A DNA stretch of 64,000 bases from Heterodontus francisci (Eukaryota): the NCBI RefSeq assembly GCF_036365525.1, contig NC_090401.1, positions 42,740,683 through 42,804,682 of the forward strand, written 5' to 3'. Numbering within the stretch: the stretch's first letter is position 1; every line of letters starts with the position of its first letter. Below the pieces are notes generated by a model. The model saw only the letters and a program-made list of their open reading frames with translations. It had not been told where the DNA came from and ran no database searches. A program made the position numbers and the translations under genes. Below, in pieces: positions 61,794 through 64,000 of this stretch.

Positions 61794-62222
61794 TCATTTA
61801 CTGGCCCAGGGGACACAGCCGCGCAGCCCCAAGGCAGCGGCCACCATCAGCGGCGCCCGGTGTCCCCTGAATTTGAGGTGGGTTTTGATGCTCTGGCTCC
61901 GGGCGCTAAGTCCAATCTCTCCCTGCTGAGCACCGCTCCGGATCCGGTTGACCAGCTCCCCGTGTTCCACTGCCTCCTGCTCGGCCCGGACCAGGATATC
62001 GTGCAGCTGCTGCAGGCCGATCTCCAGCTCCCGGACCCGGCGCTGCCGCCGCTCCATCTCCAGCAGTCTCCGCCGGGCTTCCGCAAACTCCAGGCTGCTG
62101 CTCGGCGTTAAGGCCCGGGACACCGGCTCGCTCCCCGGGCCCCGTTGCTCCTTCTCCTCGCCCGCGGCTGGCGGGGCAGTCGCAGCTCCTTTTCCCAACT
62201 GTTTGTCCCGCAGCTTCCCCAT
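61794..62222 (-). CDS. TRNP1: TMF1-regulated nuclear protein 1 homologue, 142 aa, single coding exon
   Basis: LEFAEARRRLLEMERRQRRVRELEIGLQQLHDILVRAE and AALGLRGCVPW match human TRNP1 LELAEARRRLLEVEGRRRLVSELESRVLQLHRVFLAAE and SALGLGGCVPW. Strong Kozak GCGATGG and an in-frame upstream stop. TRNP1 and WDTC1 are also linked on human 1p36.11. Confidence 0.9.
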   Translation of the reverse strand: MGKLRDKQLGKGAATAPPAAGEEKEQRGPGSEPVSRALTPSSSLEFAEARRRLLEMERRQRRVRELEIGLQQLHDILVRAEQEAVEHGELVNRIRSGAQQGEIGLSARSQSIKTHLKFRGHRAPLMVAAALGLRGCVPWASK

Positions 62223-62254
62223 CGCAATCCCCGAAGCTCAGCTCCGTCTGCGGA

Positions 62255-62527
62255 GATTCTGCAGTGTGGGCGGGACGGGGAATGGGCGGGATTCTGCAGT
62301 GTGGGCGGGACGGGGAATGGGCGGGATCTGCAGTGTGGGCGGGACGGGGAATGGGCGGGATTCTGCAGTGTGGGCGGGACGGGGAATGGGCGGGATTCTG
62401 CAGTGTGGGCGGGACGGGGAATGGGCGGGATTCTGCAGTGTGGGCGGGACGGGGAATGGGCGGGATTCTGCAGTGTGGGCGGGAAGGGGAATGGGCGGGA
62501 TTCTGCAGTGTGGGCGGGACGGGGATT
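62255..62527. repeat. 35-bp GC-rich minisatellite, about 8 copies
   Basis: Unit GATTCTGCAGTGTGGGCGGGACGGGGAATGGGCGG, starting at 62255, 62290 and onward. Confidence 0.95.
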
Positions 62528-62539
62528 AGCAGTTCATAT

Positions 62540-62630
62540 GCAAGGTCACAGGCCTGAAACTTTAACTTTGCTTCTCTCTCCACAGATGCTGCCAGATCTG
62601 CTGAGTATTTTCAACACTTTTTGTTTTTGT
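62540..62630 (+). mobile_element. Penelope-like terminal fragment
   Basis: AAGGTCACAGGCCTGAAACTTTAACTTTGCTTCTCTCTCCACAGATGCTGCCAGATCTGCTGAG. Confidence 0.6.
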
Positions 62631-63067
62631 GTCGGGGGCTTCGCAGGATGTGCGGGCCGGGAATTGGGCTGGGTTCTGCAGTGTGGGTAGGGGTAGCAGG
62701 GTGGGGCATTGGATCTGTCCGGCTCCGACCTGCAGTCTGTGACATTGGCCCAACCTCCAAACTATTTGGAGCAAAGGATCATCTGTCCTACACTGGGGCC
62801 AGTGAGCAAACTTTGGAAGGCTATAGACATTTGAAATTTATTTTACTGTTAATAAAATCAGCAATAAATGTATATTTTGAGAACACGCTTTAAATGAGAA
62901 GACTAATAATATACTATGTTGAACACTGATTTAGTGAAATTCCTGGCATTGTTTTTGCTTGAACAAGTAGACAATGCTTGTACACTTGTAGCAATGCAGA
63001 GTATTCCAGATAGATATTAGACTCTCAGGAGTGATCATGATCGCTCTCTTTCACCACCCCCCGCCCA

Positions 63068-63522
63068 TGTCTGTCTCTCTCCCCCTGCCCCCACGTGTCT
63101 GTCTGTCTCTCTCGACGTGTCTCTCTCTCTCCCCCTCTGTGTCTCACTCTCTCTTGCTCAATGTGTGTGTGTCTCCCCCCCCTCTGTGTTTGTATCTCTC
63201 TCTCTCCCCCTCTGTATCTCTTTCTCTCCCCATCTGTGTCTGTCTCTTTCTCACCCTCTGTGTGTCTCTCTCTACCCCCCCACCCCGTGTGTGTGTCTCT
63301 CTCGCCCCCTCTGTCTGTGTCCCTCTCTGTCTGTTTCCCTCTGTCTGTTTCTCCCCTCTCTGTGTTTGTCTCTCTCTCTCTGCCCCTATCTGTCTCTCCC
63401 TCTCTGTGTCCATCTCTCCCTCTCTCGCCCCTCTGTGTCTGTCTCTCTCCCTCTCTCTGTGTTGTCTCTCTCTTCCCCCCCCACTTTGTGTGTATGTGTG
63501 TGTGTGTCTCTCTCTCTCCTTC
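63068..63522. repeat. Compound (CT)n/(GT)n microsatellite
   Basis: Continuous degenerate CT and GT dinucleotide runs. Confidence 0.92.
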
Positions 63523-64000
63523 CCTCCTGCCAGGCAAATGCCGCAAGCCTTGGGCTCACCTTCACTTTAATCAGCATGCTGTTGGTTCCTCAGGCTGACT
63601 GCAACTACTGTCTCCTTCGTGACCCACTCTGCTCATTAACCTCCAGAGTCACGCCAGCAGGCCGCAGCCAATCACCACGCAGACACACAGTGCTCTCTGG
63701 GAGTTGCATCCCGGATTACGATTTCATCCATAGGGACCGGGGAGCAGGGGAGTCTGCATTTCCCAGCAGAGTTACTGAAAGCAGCAGAGGCGGCTGATTG
63801 TAATAGAAATCTTTGGCGGGTCGGAAGAAATTTCACATCCCTGAAGCTGAAAGCAAATGGCCGAGGTCAAAAACTGTGCAGCAAGGAGGAGGAACAGCAG
63901 GTACGGTTTTCATCTGCGGGACGGATGGAAAACTTTGACAGGCCAGACTCTGGCCTGCGGGCCACATGTTGGACAACCCTGTTCTAAAGCCAGTCCCTAA

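Noticed and set aside
61794-62222. Calling this ORF a bona fide syntaxin
   Set aside because: It has no Habc domain or transmembrane anchor, the zero-layer Q is absent, and the AEARRRLLE and LGL.GCVPW signatures plus linkage to WDTC1 identify it as TRNP1.
63025-63797. Several 167-226 aa ORFs
   Set aside because: Translations of the CT/GT microsatellite.
63935-63990. Possible hAT-Charlie right end (GGCCTGCGGGCCACATGTTGGACAACCCTG)
   Set aside because: I found no matching left TIR or TSD, so boundaries cannot be supported.

Overview
Vertebrate genomic DNA, most likely a cartilaginous fish (inferred from HE1/V-SINE, SacSINE1-like Deu-SINEs, shark-type CR1 and Penelope termini). It contains the complete WDTC1 (adipose/DCAF9) gene on the + strand: a CpG-rich promoter and putative non-coding exon 1 near 7.3-7.5 kb, 15 coding exons from 11876 to 56794 that splice GT-AG in phase into 2019 nt (672 aa plus stop), and an AATAAA at 59862. 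A compact TRNP1 homologue with one coding exon lies tail-to-tail on the - strand (61794-62222). Introns are filled with CR1, L2, RTE and Tx1-like LINEs, SINEs, hAT MITEs with 8-bp TSDs, two solo LTRs, Penelope termini with degenerate hammerhead cores, a 5S pseudogene and large C-rich tandem arrays flanking assembly gaps. Top observations: (1) the TRNP1 protein aligns without gaps to the syntaxin Qa-SNARE motif, with His at the zero layer; (2) an apparently ORF1-less LINE shares both ends with a tRNA-derived SINE; (3) dispersed minimal hammerhead ribozyme motifs. Protein comparisons use reference sequences recalled from memory, not database searches.
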